This document shows, in pieces, positions 36,200 through 49,369 of a stretch of DNA of 64,000 nt. Origin of the DNA: Eledone cirrhosa (Eukaryota); assembly GCA_964016885.1 (NCBI GenBank), contig OZ024744.1, forward strand, positions 91,822,001 through 91,886,000. The letters are read 5' to 3'. Within the stretch, counting starts at the first letter, position 1. Each line of letters begins with the position of its first letter. A program made the translations under genes and the position numbers. Under the pieces are notes generated by a model. The model saw only the letters and a list, made by a program, of their open reading frames with translations, had not been told where the DNA came from and ran no database searches.

Positions 36200-37010
36200 T
36201 AAAGGTCTCAACACAAACCGAAAATGAGGTACAAGGACAGCATCAAGAACAATCTCAAAGAGCTATTTGATATAGACAACTGGGAGGAGATAGCTCTAAA
36301 TAGGGCTGAGTGGAGAAAGCACGTAAAGGGCAGTTGAAAAACTTTTTAGGAATGTCATCTAGAACATAAACAACTGAAGTGTCAGCTCTGTGCTCACAGT
36401 CTTGATGAAATCATCAGTAGCTGGACATGTAATTTCTGTCAGCATGTACTCTTCTCAAAGGCTGGTTATGTTAATCACCTGAAGACACATGAAAGGATAA
36501 CCACCTGCAACACCACTCAACAAAGACGTGGTGCAACAACGTGCGTGATATGCTACAAAGTGTGTAGAACTAGTTCCGGACTAAAAAGACACATGGTGGT
36601 ACATAAAGATTGTGTCCCACAGAGTGACACCACCAGTCCTGTGGAAAACACAACACTATTCTGTCACTTGTGTTGTAAACCATGTAGATCTAGAGCTGGT
36701 CTACAAAGTCAGCTATGAAGTCTCACAGGGTGACACCACTGGCCCTCTGGAAAGCACATCTCTCTTCTGTTACCTGTGTCGTAAACCATGTAGATCTACA
36801 GCTGGTCTACAAAGTCAGCTATGAAGTCTCACAGGGTGACACCACTGGCCCTCTGGAAAGCACATCTCTCTTTTGTTATCTGTGTCGTAAACCATGTAGA
36901 TCTACAGCTGGTCTACAAAGTCATTCACGAAGTCGTGGATGCAGATGGAATGATAGCAAAGAATCAATAAGAGACGGTAATCGTCTATGAAGACACCTCA
37001 ATCCTCATGC
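36200..37010 (+). mobile_element. RTE-type LINE 3' fragment with C2H2 zinc-finger array and (TATG)n tail
   Basis: RYKDSIKNNLK..WEEIALNRAEWRK, CNFC..GYVNHLKTH and CVICYKVCRTSSGLKRHMVVH, plus three 106-bp repeats encoding CxLCxKPCRSxAGLQS. Confidence 0.7.
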
Positions 37011-37231
37011 ATGTATGTATGTATGTATGTGTGTATGTATGTATATATGTATATGTATATATGTATGTATATGTGTGTGTATGTATGCATATATGTATAT
37101 GTATGTATATATGTATGTATATGTGTGTGTATGTATGCATATATGTATATGTATGTTTGTATGTATGCATATATGTATGTATTTTGCTATCACCACGTGT
37201 GTAGAAGAAAGTTAAATAACAGCCTACCAAT

Positions 37232-38157
37232 ATGCAATACGATGAGGTTATCTGGAGTATTATCAACAATACGTTCTGCTCTTTCAAGAGAAAGGTGTGT
37301 GTTGCCTCTACATGAAAGAAGTAGAACGTGCAGCATTTCCACGGAGGATGTGGGAGAAGATTCAGTTGGATAACAACTTTGAAAAATCAATGGCACAGAT
37401 TAATACAAAGATGCTCTACTGGCCTTCGTATTATCGCCGGAAGTGTCGCCTGAGATTGATTAGAATCAGGCAGTATTTGGCCAGAATGAGAAAACTTGTT
37501 TTGCGTAACAGGAGGAAGTTGGTTCCTTTACAGAGAAATATAGAACGTCGCGAGAAAAGACGAGAGGAGAAAGCATTGGTTGCTGCTCAACTTGACAACG
37601 CCATCGAGAAGCAGTTATTAGAAGGACTCAAATCTGGGGCTTATAACGAGGTGTACAACTTCCCAATGAAAGCATTCAGCAAAGTTCTGGACGGAGAAGA
37701 GGTAGAGGAAGAGGAGGAGGAGGAAGAAGAAGAAGAAGAAGAAGAAGAAGAAGAGATTGACAGTGAAGAGGAAGGACAGCATGGGCGGATTGCAAAGGAG
37801 GTAGAAGAGGAGATGGAGAAGGAGAAAGGTGATGCGAGTACCTCTGGTTATGTGGAGTATGTTCCTTACAATGAATTTGAAGAGAGTGACATTGAAGATC
37901 TTGAGGATCTTCGGTTGAGTGATTACAACTCTAGCAGTGATGAAGGAGATGTCGTCAATGACAACAAGGTACCAGGGTTGACGTTAGCAACGACGGGCGG
38001 GAAAGATAAGAAACGGAAGCAAGCACCATCATCATTATCAGCAGAACATCACAAAGGAAAAACAAAGAAAATGTCAAAAAGACGTCCAAAAGTGACAATA
38101 GAGTATGAGACCGAGCTGGAGCAACCTTCCACCTCCAAAGAGAAGTTGAAATATTGA
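37232..38157 (+). pseudogene. MAK16: Intronless MAK16 (60S biogenesis factor) copy with internal deletion/frameshift
   Basis: ATG at 37232 gives [19 protein letters not shown]. Another frame continues [60 protein letters not shown], an acidic tract and VTIEYETE. The CRNEY..CPLANS segment is missing. Confidence 0.88.
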
Positions 38158-38539
38158 AATGTTATTGGAGGTCTAGAATGGGGTGATGGGGGGTGGGTTG
38201 AGGGGTGTGGGTGAACTGGAATTTAAACAGTTTGCACCTTTTTGTCTGTGTATGTATGTATGTGTGTAGGTAGGTATGTATATATGTAGGTGTGTATGTA
38301 GGTATGTATGTATATATGTAGTTATGTGTATGTATGTATGTAGGTATGTGTAGGTATGTATGTATATATGTAGGTATGTATGTGTGTATGTATGTATATA
38401 TGTAGGTATGTATGTGTGTATGTATGTATATATGTAGGTATGTATGTGTGTACGTAGGTATGTAGGTATATATGTATATATGTAGGTATGTATGTATATA
38501 TGTAGGTATGTATGTATGTGCAACCCCACCAAGGTTTCT

Positions 38540-39835
38540 TGTATTTTTCTGACAATGTTTACATCAAGTGGGCAGCTGATCTCCACAACAGAACACGTTT
38601 TCAATGTGCGGTCCCAAACAACAATATCAGGCCAGTTGTGCTTTAATTTGGTGGCATTTTTTATTTTCAGGTTCCACCAGTATTCCTTAGTGCCATCTGT
38701 CTCAATATATTCTTCCTCGTTTGTTGTTAATTTTGTTTTCCGAAGTGCGTTCCAGATGGTTCTAGCTATTCCATCGTGTCTCATGGGGAGGTAGTAGCGA
38801 GATGACATTCTTTCGCAGCTGGCAACAATGTGGCTTACATCCTTGATCTTTGTTTTACATAGCCTACATTTATTGTCAGCTGATGGCTGAGTGGTTTATC
38901 CCCTCTATGGTCTGTGTTTTACGTCTCAAGTATCCATGCACAACTTTTTCTGAAAATTGATCAATTTTTTTTCATCTTGTTTGAACATTGAATAGGATCT
39001 TCCGATTTCTCTGGGTGAGAGATTTATATCAGGCTTTATTCCATATCTCTCTTCCAGATCAGTCGCTATTCTAATGATATTTTTTTTTTCCATGCTCATA
39101 AACCTGGGCAAGATGGTTGCCAACCTTTTTCCTCTGTTGAAGGTGTTGCTTCAGTGTTACTATCCAGGTCTCATATGTTGTTAATATTGATTTTAGACCC
39201 CGGCCACCTTCCTTGCGTGAGAAGTATAGCCTATCCACATCACCATTGATGTTAAAGTTCCAAGTAACACTGAGAAGTTTGCGAGTTCTAACATCCATCT
39301 CACTTAGTTCTTGCAATGACCAGTTCAGCAGGCCAAATGTTAGCGTTAGAATTGGCACAGCATAAGTATTGTGGGCAATGTATTTGTTGTACGCTGACAG
39401 TTCTGATGACCATATTTTCTTTACTCTTCTGAGGTATTCAGTTCTGGTTCTCACCTTATTTATGGGTCCATCATATCTGACATTCTCATCCTGTCCAAGA
39501 TATCTGTAGTTGTCACCTGACTGTAGAGATTGTATTGTCAGGCTGTTCATCTCTAGATTTCCAGAGGAGGGCACAGCTCTTCCACGTTTTACTGCCAAAT
39601 ATGCACACTTGGACTCACCAAATTTCATTTTGATGTCTGTTGAAAATTGTGTAATGAGGTCCAATTTTTTCTTGATGTCATTGATATTTGGCCCATACAA
39701 CTTCAGGTCATCAACAAAGAAAAGATGGGAGATACTTCTGGACCCACTTCTTTGTCCACCTTGTTTCCTGAGTAGGTAAGATAGTGGATTCAGTGAGAGA
39801 ACGAAGAGTAGCACTGACAAGCTATCACCCTGATG
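38540..39835 (-). mobile_element. R4/Dong-type non-LTR fragment (RT C-half + CCHC + restriction-like endonuclease)
   Basis: QGDSLS, ISHLFFVDDLKLY, KFGESKC, YRYLG, RLYFSRKEGGRGL, CRLC..SHIVASC, RHD, PDIVVWD..VEISCP. Confidence 0.85.
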
Positions 39836-40454
39836 TATGTATGTAAGCATGTATGTATGTAAGCATGTTTGTATGTATGTATGTATATATGTATGTATGT
39901 ATGCATTTTAGATCATTGGCCACATTCGATCGCAGCACCGTTAATTATTAATATATATGTTTTTTTTTTTCTTTTTTCGGTTAAAGGCCATACTCGATAA
40001 CGAGGAGGCAGCCATCAAGTACGCATGTATGCATGTATGTATGTATGTATATATAAACAAAATATGTATATACACATGTACATATATATGTATATGTGTA
40101 TATACATGGGTGCATGTGTATGTATATGCGCGGGGACATAGAAATAGTCGGGCTGGACACCCGATTGCGCGGTTAAACCACTGGGAGTGAAAGACCCCTA
40201 GCCTTTGTCAGGGCATTCTTCTAGGAGAAGGCAACTCAGGAAACTGGGATAACTCCGACATAAAACCTGCGGCTCAGTAGTAACCGATGATGTTGATCTA
40301 TTCTTCTTTTCGGGTTATAGCTACTGTCGCTCAGAGAGTGGGATTGGCTCAGTGCACAGTCTTTCCTCTCTTTAAAAAATATCTTCACACACAGGCATTG
40401 CACGATAGAATTAATTAATAATTATTAATAATGGTATATCGTGCAATGGCCATA

Positions 40455-41195
40455 TCTGCTGCATCTGTTACATCTGTTATATCTGTTGTATCTGTTATAG
40501 CAGTTATATATGTTGTATCTGTTGCATCTGTTATATATGTAGTATCTGTTCTATCTGTTAAATCTGTTGTTGTATCTGTTATATCAGTTACATCTGTTGT
40601 ATCTGTTACATCTGTTATATCTATTATATTTGTGTCATCTGTTGCATCTGTTACTTCTGTTATATTTGTTGTATCAGTTATATTTGTTGTATCTGTTGTG
40701 TGTGCTGTATCTGTTATATCTGTTATATTTCTTGGATCTGTTACATCTGTTATATCTGTTACATCTGTTATATCTGTTGCATATGTTGTATCTGTTGTAT
40801 CTGTTATACCTTTTCGATCTGTTGCATCTGTTATATCTGTTGCATCTGTTGTATCTGTTGTATCTGTTCGATCTGTTGCATCTGTTGTATCTGTTGTATC
40901 TGTTATATCTGTTATACCTCTTCGATCTGTTGCATCTGTTATATCTGTTGCATCTGTTGTATCTGTTGTATCTGTTATATCTGTTATACCTCTTTCATCT
41001 GTTGCATCTGTTATATCTGTTGCATCTGTTGTATCTGTTGTATCTGTTATATCTGTTATACCTCTTCGATCTGTTGGATCTGTTATATCTGTTGCATCTG
41101 TTATATCTGTTGCATCTGTTGTATCTGTTATATCTGTTCGATCTGTTGCATCTGTTATATCTGCTATATCTGCTATATCTGCTACATCTGTTTTA
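40455..41195. repeat. 9-bp minisatellite (atctgttgc/atctgttat/atctgttgt)
   Basis: Direct inspection. Confidence 0.9.
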
Positions 41196-41507
41196 TCTGG
41201 TGTATTGTTTTATTTACCCAGACAAACCAACAGACACGAGCTCTCTGCAAGACAATAGAAACATAGAAACATAAACACAATTCTAAATCTAGGTTACAGA
41301 ACAATAAACACTGTAAATACAACAATTAACAACAAACAGAGCAGATGTAAACAGTATATATATATATGACAATCGATTCTTTCAAATTATGATGGCTTCT
41401 ATATGCAACCCGCAGTTCCTTTACATATATATATATATATATATATATTTGCTTACATATATATATGTGTATATATATATATGCTTACATATATATATAT
41501 ATGTATG

Positions 41508-41576
<69 letters not shown>

Positions 41577-41642
41577 GCATATATATACACATACATACAT
41601 TCTCACACACATATATATATACATACATACATAGATTCTCAC

Positions 41643-41691
<49 letters not shown>

Positions 41692-41775
41692 TACATTCAC
41701 ACAAATATATATACACCCATATACACATACATAGATACATACATACTTACACACATATATACACACACATATATA

Positions 41776-42337
41776 TCATCATCATCATCTTCAACGTTTA
41801 ACATCCGTGTTCCACGCTTGCATGGGTTTGGACGGGGGTAGTCCCACTTGAGGCAAGAGTGATTGTCTTGCTCGCATAGGATTGCCTGGCAGGTTTTCTA
41901 CAGCTGGATGCCCTTCCTAACACCAACCACATTTACAGTGTGGGACTGGGAGGTTTTTACCGTGTTACCTACACGGCCACATTACAGTGTGGACTGTGTG
42001 TTTTTTTGTCGTGACACCTACACGATCTCATTTGTTTCGGCCTGGATGGTGTGGCACCAACACAACTTTACATAGAACGGGGTGGCGTGGATGGGGGGGG
42101 GGGGGGGGTATTTTGTTAGAGATGCCTACTGGCTGTAGTAGGTTTTACTATGTATTTAGGTAAGGCGGGTCTTCTCTGTTACTGAGTACCGCCAAAGGTC
42201 TCAGTCCAATGACATTGGTCTCAGTCCAATGACATTGTCTTGGAGAGGTGTAAGTGTGTGAGGTCAGAGTTTATCAGCTCGTCCCAGGTTTTTCTAGGTC
42301 TGCCTATTCCGTGGCTACCGTCTATCTTTATTGCCCT
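41776..42337 (-). mobile_element. RTE 3' fragment (same family as 187-4365)
   Basis: Reverse complement of ~3700-4360, with a 20-bp local duplication at 42198-42237. Confidence 0.9.
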
Positions 42338-42764
42338 ATATATATATACACACATACATATATACATACACACATACACACATATGCACACATTTCAGTT
42401 TTGAGAATTGCCACAATAAAAGCACCCAGTACATGCTGTAAAGTAGTTGGTGATAGGAAGGGTATCCAGCCATAGAAAGCTTGCCAACACAAAGGGTTGG
42501 GAGGACCCTTCAGTTGTGAGAAGGATATGACAACCTCCCAAGTGCTGGTGATTTACACAATAAAAGCACTCAGAACACGCTGTAAAGTGTTTGGTGTTAG
42601 GAAGGATATGCAACTGTAGAAAGCTTGCCAAACAAGGGGTTGAGAGGACTCTTGTGTCAAGACATGATTTTTCATTGTTGTTGTTGTTGTTGTTGTTCAG
42701 ATAATTGTGTACCTGATGCCAGTTCTACCTTGTTTTTAGTCCTCTATATCCATGTATTATTCCT

Positions 42765-42951
42765 ATTGGCAGTATCGGTAGAGGGTCGGACGCCATGCTT
42801 TCCAGCATATAGTTACGTCCCTTTACGATCTGAGTTCAAATCCCGCTGAGGTTGACTTTGCCCTTCATCCTTACGGGGTCGATAAAATAAAGTACCAGTA
42901 ATGCACTGGGTTATTGCTGGCCTTGTGCCTAAAGTAGAAACAATTATTCCT
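42765..42951 (+). mobile_element. Family A SINE with 9-bp target-site duplication
   Basis: TSD attattcct at 42756-42764 and 42943-42951. Confidence 0.9.
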
Positions 42952-43290
42952 TCAAGAGTCCAAGACATGCCTGTCCCAAGTCTGGAGGCTCAACCGGCCA
43001 ATGTCTATCCCAGTTTCCTTGACGTTAATTGACTGAATGTACAAAACTTCTCCTGGACAGTACGCCACTCCAATGCATGCTTAAACACCCAGTTATTGCT
43101 GGTACTCATACCCATCCAACCCATGCAAGCATGGAAAAACAGACATAAAAGTGATGATATACTGGAGCAACATGAAATGAATTGTCTTGCTCAAGAGCAC
43201 AACACAACACACACAACCCAGTCAAGGAATCAATCACAAGACATTATGATCATAAGTCCCACACACTTACCATTAAGCCACACTCCTTCA

Positions 43291-44880
43291 CTGAGTATAT
43301 TGGAGCAATGTAGAATGAAGTGTTTTGCTCAAGAACACAACACATAACCTAGTCCAGGAATCGAACCCACATCATTAGGCCACACACTAGTCCACTAGGC
43401 CACACTCCTTCACTGAGTATATTGGAGCAATGTAGAATGAAGTGTTTTGCTCAAGAACACAACACATAACCTAGTCCAGGAATCGAACCCACATCATTAG
43501 GCCACACACTAGTCCACTAGGCCACACTCCTTCACTGAGTATATTGGAGCAATGTAGAATGAAGTGTTTTGCTCAAGAACACAACACATAACCTAGTCCA
43601 GGAATCGAACCCACATCATTAGGCCACACACTAGTCCACTAGGCCACACACCTTCACTGAGTATATTGGAGCAATGTAGAATGAAGTGTTTTGCTCAAGA
43701 ACACAACACATAACCTAGTCCAGGAATCGAACCCACATCATTAGGCCACACACTAGTCCACTAGGCCACACTCCTTCACTGAGTATATTGGAGCAATGTA
43801 GAATGAAGTGTTTTGCTCAAGAACACAACACATAACCTAGTCCAGGAATCGAACCCACATCATTAGGCCACACACTAGTCCACTAGGCCACACTCCTTCA
43901 CTGAGTATATTGGAGCAATGTAGAATGAAGTGTTTTGCTCAAGAACACAACACATAACCTAGTCCAGGAATCGAACCCACATCATTAGGCCACACACTAG
44001 TCCACTAGGCCACACTCCTTCACTGAGTATATTGGAGCAATGTAGAATGAAGTGTTTTGCTCAAGAACACAACACATAACCTAGTCCAGGAATCGAACCC
44101 ACATCATTAGGCCACACACTAGTCCACTAGGCCACACTCCTTCACTGAGTATATTGGAGCAATGTAGAATGAAGTGTTTTGCTCAAGAACACAACACATA
44201 ACTTAGTCCAGGAATCGAACCCACATCATTAGGCCACACACTAGTCCACTAGGCCACATACCTCCGCTGAGTATATTGGAGCAATGTAGAATGAAGTGTT
44301 TTGCTCAAGAACACAACACATAACCTAGTCCAGGAATCGAACCCACATCATTAGGCCACACACTAGTCCACTAGGCCACATACCTCCGCTGAGTATATTG
44401 GAGCAATGTAGAATGAAGTGTTTTGCTCAAGAACACAACACATAACCTAGTCCAGGAATCGAACCCACATCATTAGGCCACACACTAGTCCACTAGGCCA
44501 CACTCCTTCACTGAGTATATTGGAGCAATGTAGAATGAAGTGTTTTGCTCAAGAACACAACACATAACCTAGTCCAGGAATCGAACCCACATCATTAGGC
44601 CACACACTAGTCCACTAGGCCACACTCCTTCACTGAGTATATTGGAGCAATGTAGAATGAAGTGTTTTGCTCAAGAACACAACACATAACCTAGTCCAGG
44701 AATCGAACCCACATCATTAGGCCACACACTAGTCCACTAGGCCACACACCTGCGCTGAGTATATTGAAGCAATGTGAAATGAAGTGTTTTGCTCCACAAC
44801 ACACAACCTAGTCCAGGCATCAAACCCTCAACACTATGATCAAAAGTCCTACAACCTTACCACTAGATCACATGCCTCCA
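43291..44880 (-). repeat. 122-bp tandem array (~13 copies) derived from the head of a second tRNA-SINE (family B)
   Basis: Unit starts at 43291, 43413 and so on. The minus strand has tggcctagtgg (A box) and ggttcgattcc (B box); homologous to dispersed copies at 47677 and 61250. Confidence 0.9.
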
Positions 44881-44924
44881 CATTATTCCTTCTAGCATAT
44901 GTGCTAGAACTTTTATATCTACTG

Positions 44925-45160
44925 CATATAATCAAATATAAGCCAAGGAATATGTGACCCAAAAAATCAAGGGCAGAAAAGGGGGGTCGACTTATATTCG
45001 GGGTCAATATTTTGATGATTTTTACCAACTTAAAAATTCTATGAAAATAAGATTTAGATTTTTGCCCTTTTCTCTGACATAAAATAGTGGGGGTCGACTT
45101 ATATTTGTATCGGCTTATATTCAAATAGTGGGGTCAACATATATTCGAGTATATACAGTA
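44925..45160. mobile_element. Non-autonomous Tc1/pogo-type DNA transposon remnant
   Basis: Repeated ggggtcgacttatattcg subterminal motifs ending in gagtatatacagta. Confidence 0.55.
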
Positions 45161-45469
45161 ATGGCCTCTCCTTCAATTTCAAAATATGGTCTTACTGTAA
45201 TTCTTAATGGTCTGCCAAGCCAAGAAACCATTCTGCAGTAGAGATCCAACATTCTCTGGAAGCAGCCTTGTGATTAAATAATATCTTCTACAGATGATAC
45301 AGGGGCGGTGGAACTGGGGCAAACCATGCCCCCCCCCCCCCCGCCCAATAATTATATTTTTTTCCCCAAACTACCAAAAAGCACACATCTATTTGTATAT
45401 GTGCTACAATTTCATGTACATGTTATATTTATCACATATCAAAGATTTTTTATATCTTGGTTGATATTT

Positions 45470-45588
45470 GATAATTGTTTCTACTTTTGGCACAAGGCCA
45501 GCAATTGCCCAGTACATTACTGGTACTTTATTTTATCGACCCCATAAGGATGAAAGGCAAAGTTAACCTCGGCGGGATTTGAACTCAG
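45470..45588 (-). mobile_element. Family A SINE, 5'-truncated
   Basis: Homology to 14795-14982. Confidence 0.85.
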
Positions 45589-45640
45589 CCGCCCCCACCT
45601 CCACTCCTTTCAATTCAGAAATGCTTCCACCACCCCCATA

Positions 45641-47600
45641 ACAGTCAAATGGAGATGACTTTGGTATGATACTAAACAGTCAAATGGAGATGACTTTGGT
45701 ATGATACTAAACAGTCAAATGGAGATGACTTTGGTATGATACTAAACAGCCAAATGGAGATGACTTTGGTATGATACTAAACAGTCAAATGGAGATGACT
45801 TTGGTATGATACTAAACAGTCAAATGGAGATGACTTTGGTATGATACTAAACAGTCAAATGGAGATGACTTTGGTATGATACTAAACAGTCAAATGGAGA
45901 TGACTTTGGTATGATACTAAACAGTCAAATGGAGATGACTTTGGTATGATACTAAACAGTCAAATTGAGATGACTTTGGTATGATACTAAACAGCCAAAT
46001 GGAGATGACTTTGGTATGATACTAAACAGTCAAATGGAGATGACTTTGGTATGATACTAAACAGTCAAATGGAGATGACTTTGGTATGATACTAAACAGC
46101 CAAATGGAGATGACTTTGGTATGATACTAAACAGTCAAATGGAGATGACTTTGGTATGATACTAAACAGTCAAATGGAGATGACTTTGGTATGATACTAA
46201 ACAGTCAAATGGAGATGACTTTGGTATGATACTAAACAGCCAAATGGAGATGACTTTGGTATGATACTAAACAGTCAAATGGAGATGACTTTGGTATGAT
46301 ACTAAACAGTCAAATGGAGATGACTTTGGTATGATACTAAACAGTCAAATGGAGATGACTTTGGTATGATACTAAACAGTCAAATGGAGATGACTTTGGT
46401 ATGATACTAAACAGCCAAATTGAGATGACTTTGGTATGATACTAAACAGCCAAATGGAGATGACTTTGGTATGATACTAAACAGCCAAATGGAGATGACT
46501 TTGGTATGATACTAAACAGTCAAATGGAGATGACTTTGGTATGATACTAAACAGCCAAATGGAGATGACTTTGGTATGATACTAAACAGTCAAATGGAGA
46601 TGTCTTTGGTATGATACTAAACAGTCAAATGGAGATGACTTTGGTATGATACTAAACAGTCAAATGGAGATGACTTTGGTATGATACTAAACAGCCAAAT
46701 GGAGATGACTTTGGTATGATACTAAACAGCCAAATGGAGATGACTTTGGTATGATACTAAACAGCCAAATGGAGATGACTTTGGTATGATACTAAACAGT
46801 CAAATGGAGATGACTTTGGTATGATACTAAACAGTCAAATGGAGATGACTTTGGTATGATACTAAACAGTCAAATGGAGATGACTTTGGTATGATACTAA
46901 ACAGCCAAATGGAGATGACTTTGGTATGATACTAAACAGTCAAATGGAGATGACTTTGGTATGATACTAAACAGTCAAATGGAGATGACTTTGGTATGAT
47001 ACTAAACAGTCAAATGGAGATGACTTTGGTATGATACTAAACAGTCAAATGGAGATGACTTTGGTATGATACTAAACAGTCAAATGGAGATGACTTTGGT
47101 ATGATACTAAACAGTCAAATGGAGATGACTTTGGTATGATACTAAACAGTCAAATTGAGATGACTTTGGTATGATACTAAACAGTCAAATGGAGATGACT
47201 TTGGTATGATACTAAACAGTCAAATGGAGATGACTTTGGTATGATACTAAACAGTCAAATGGAGATGACTTTGGTATGATACTAAACAGTCAAATGGAGA
47301 TGTCTTTGGTATGATACTAAACAGTCAAATGGAGATGTCTTTGGTATGATACTAAACAGTCAAATGGAGATGACTTTGGTATGATACTAAACAGTCAAAT
47401 GGAGATGACTTTGGTATGATACTAAACAGTCAAATGGAGATGACTTTGGTATGATACTAAACAGTCAAATGGAGATGACTTTGGTATGATACTAAACAGC
47501 CAAATGGAGATGACTTTGGTATGATACTAAACAGTCAAATGGAGATGACTTTGGTATAATACTAAACAGTCAAATGGAGATGACTTTGGTATGATACTAA
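45641..47600. repeat. 35-bp minisatellite, 56 copies
   Basis: Unit acagtcaaatggagatgactttggtatgatactaa, head-to-tail without spacers; T/C variant at position 5. Confidence 0.97.
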
Positions 47601-47676
47601 GAACACATTTTATAGTTTGAACTGCTCTTTCAGCTGCTCCATTTAATGACAGTTTGTATAACTGAGGATTATTTAT

Positions 47677-47890
47677 TGGCTTAGTGGTAAGAGTGTTGGA
47701 CTTATAATCATAACGCTGTGGGTTCGATTCTTGAACTGGGTTGTGTGTTGTGTTCTTGAGGAAAAAGTACTTAATTTCATGATGCTCCAGTATACTCAGC
47801 TAAAACTGAGTTCCAGCAGCAAAAGCTGGGGATTTAATGCTGTGATGGACTGGTGTCCTATCCAGGGAGGAAACTTGTACTCTCAGTCGC
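47677..47890 (+). mobile_element. tRNA-derived SINE family B
   Basis: A box tggcttagtgg, B box ggttcgattct, body gtgttgtgttcttgag..gctccagt, 3' gatggactggtgtcctatccaggg. Confidence 0.75.
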
Positions 47891-48159
47891 TTAACCCGTT
47901 AGCATTTAATCTTGCCAGAATTCTCCCACCTCTTTCTGTTTGAACCAGCTGTAACCAGCCATTCATACTGATGTTAAGGTATTATTCTCAAAATAAACAG
48001 CATCAAAATCTTGTAGCTTTGATATTATGTGAGATAATTATGTGAAAAAATAATAGTATGGGCATGAAGAATAGTATGGGCATGAATAATGTGCCACCTG
48101 TTGTATGGGTTCCTAAGGTGGCACATTCTTCTAACCCATGCTAGCGTGGAAGATGAATG

Positions 48160-49292
48160 TTAACACTTTAGCATTTAAAACGGCCATATCCAGCCAGAAT
48201 TCTCTCATATGTTTCTGTTCAAACAGGCCATAACTGGCTACTCATACTTATGTTAAGGTATTTTTCTCAAAATAAATAATATCAAAATCTCATAGATTTG
48301 ATATTATGTGAGGTAAAGCCTTTAGTGTAAAAATACAATAGTATATATAGAGTAATGTAAATGTTATGTGAGATATTATGTGAAGTAAAGCCTTTAGTGT
48401 AAAAATATAATAGTATATAGAGAGCAATGTAAATGTTATGTGAGATATTATGTGAGGTAAAGCCTTTACTGTGAAAATACAATAGTATATATAGAGTAAT
48501 GTAAATGTTATGTGAGATATTATGTGAGGTAAAGCCTTTACTGTAAAAATACAATAGTATATAGAGAGTAATGTAAATGTTATGTGAGATATTATGTGAG
48601 GTAAAGCCTTTAGTGTAAAAATACAATAGTAAATATAGAGTAATGTAGATGTTATGTGAGATATTATGTGAGGTAAAGCCTTTAGTGTAAAAATACAATA
48701 GTATATAGAGAGTAATGTAAATGTTATGTGAGATATTATGTGAGGTAAAGCCTTTAGTGTAAAAATACAATAGTATATAGAGAGCAATGTAAATGTTATG
48801 TGAGGTATTATGTGAAGTAAAGCCTTTAGTGTAAAAATATATTAGTATATAGAGAGCAATGTAAATGTTATGTGAGATATTATGTGAGGTAAAGCCTTTA
48901 CTGTAAAAATACAATAGTATATATAGAGTAATGTAAATGTTATGTGAGATATTATGTGAAGTAAAGCCTTTAGTGTAAAAATACAATAGTATATAGAGTA
49001 ATGTAAATGTTATGTGAGATATTATGTGAAGTAAAGCCTTTACTGTGAAAATACAATAGTATATATAGAGTAATGTAAATGTTATGTGAGGTATTATGTG
49101 AAGTAAAGCCTTTAGTGTAAAAATACAATAGTATATAGAGAGTAATGTAAATGTTATGTGAGATATTATGTGAAGTAAAGCCTTTAGTGTAAAAATACAA
49201 TAGTATATAGAGTAATGTAAATACTAAAAGATTAAACAATGATGATGATGATTATGATGAAATATTGAGTAATGTAAATACTAAAGAGTTAA
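48160..49292. mobile_element. TTAA-bounded MITE-like element containing a 72-bp minisatellite (~13 copies, 48301-49220)
   Basis: Ends ttaacactttagcattta...taaatactaaagagttaa; related unexpanded copies at 47891-48040 and 61467-61879. Confidence 0.7.
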
Positions 49293-49369
49293 TACTGTGA
49301 TGAACAGGCGTTCTATCCAAGGGACGGGGAATCATGTACTCTCAGTCCCTTAATTCGGGTCTATGTAAT

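Noticed and set aside
45641-47600. CRISPR-like 35-bp repeats with partial dyad
   Set aside because: No unique spacers, no cas genes and a eukaryotic context; it is a plain tandem array.
48282-49239. ORFs with 24-aa repeats
   Set aside because: Consequence of a 72-bp MITE-derived minisatellite.
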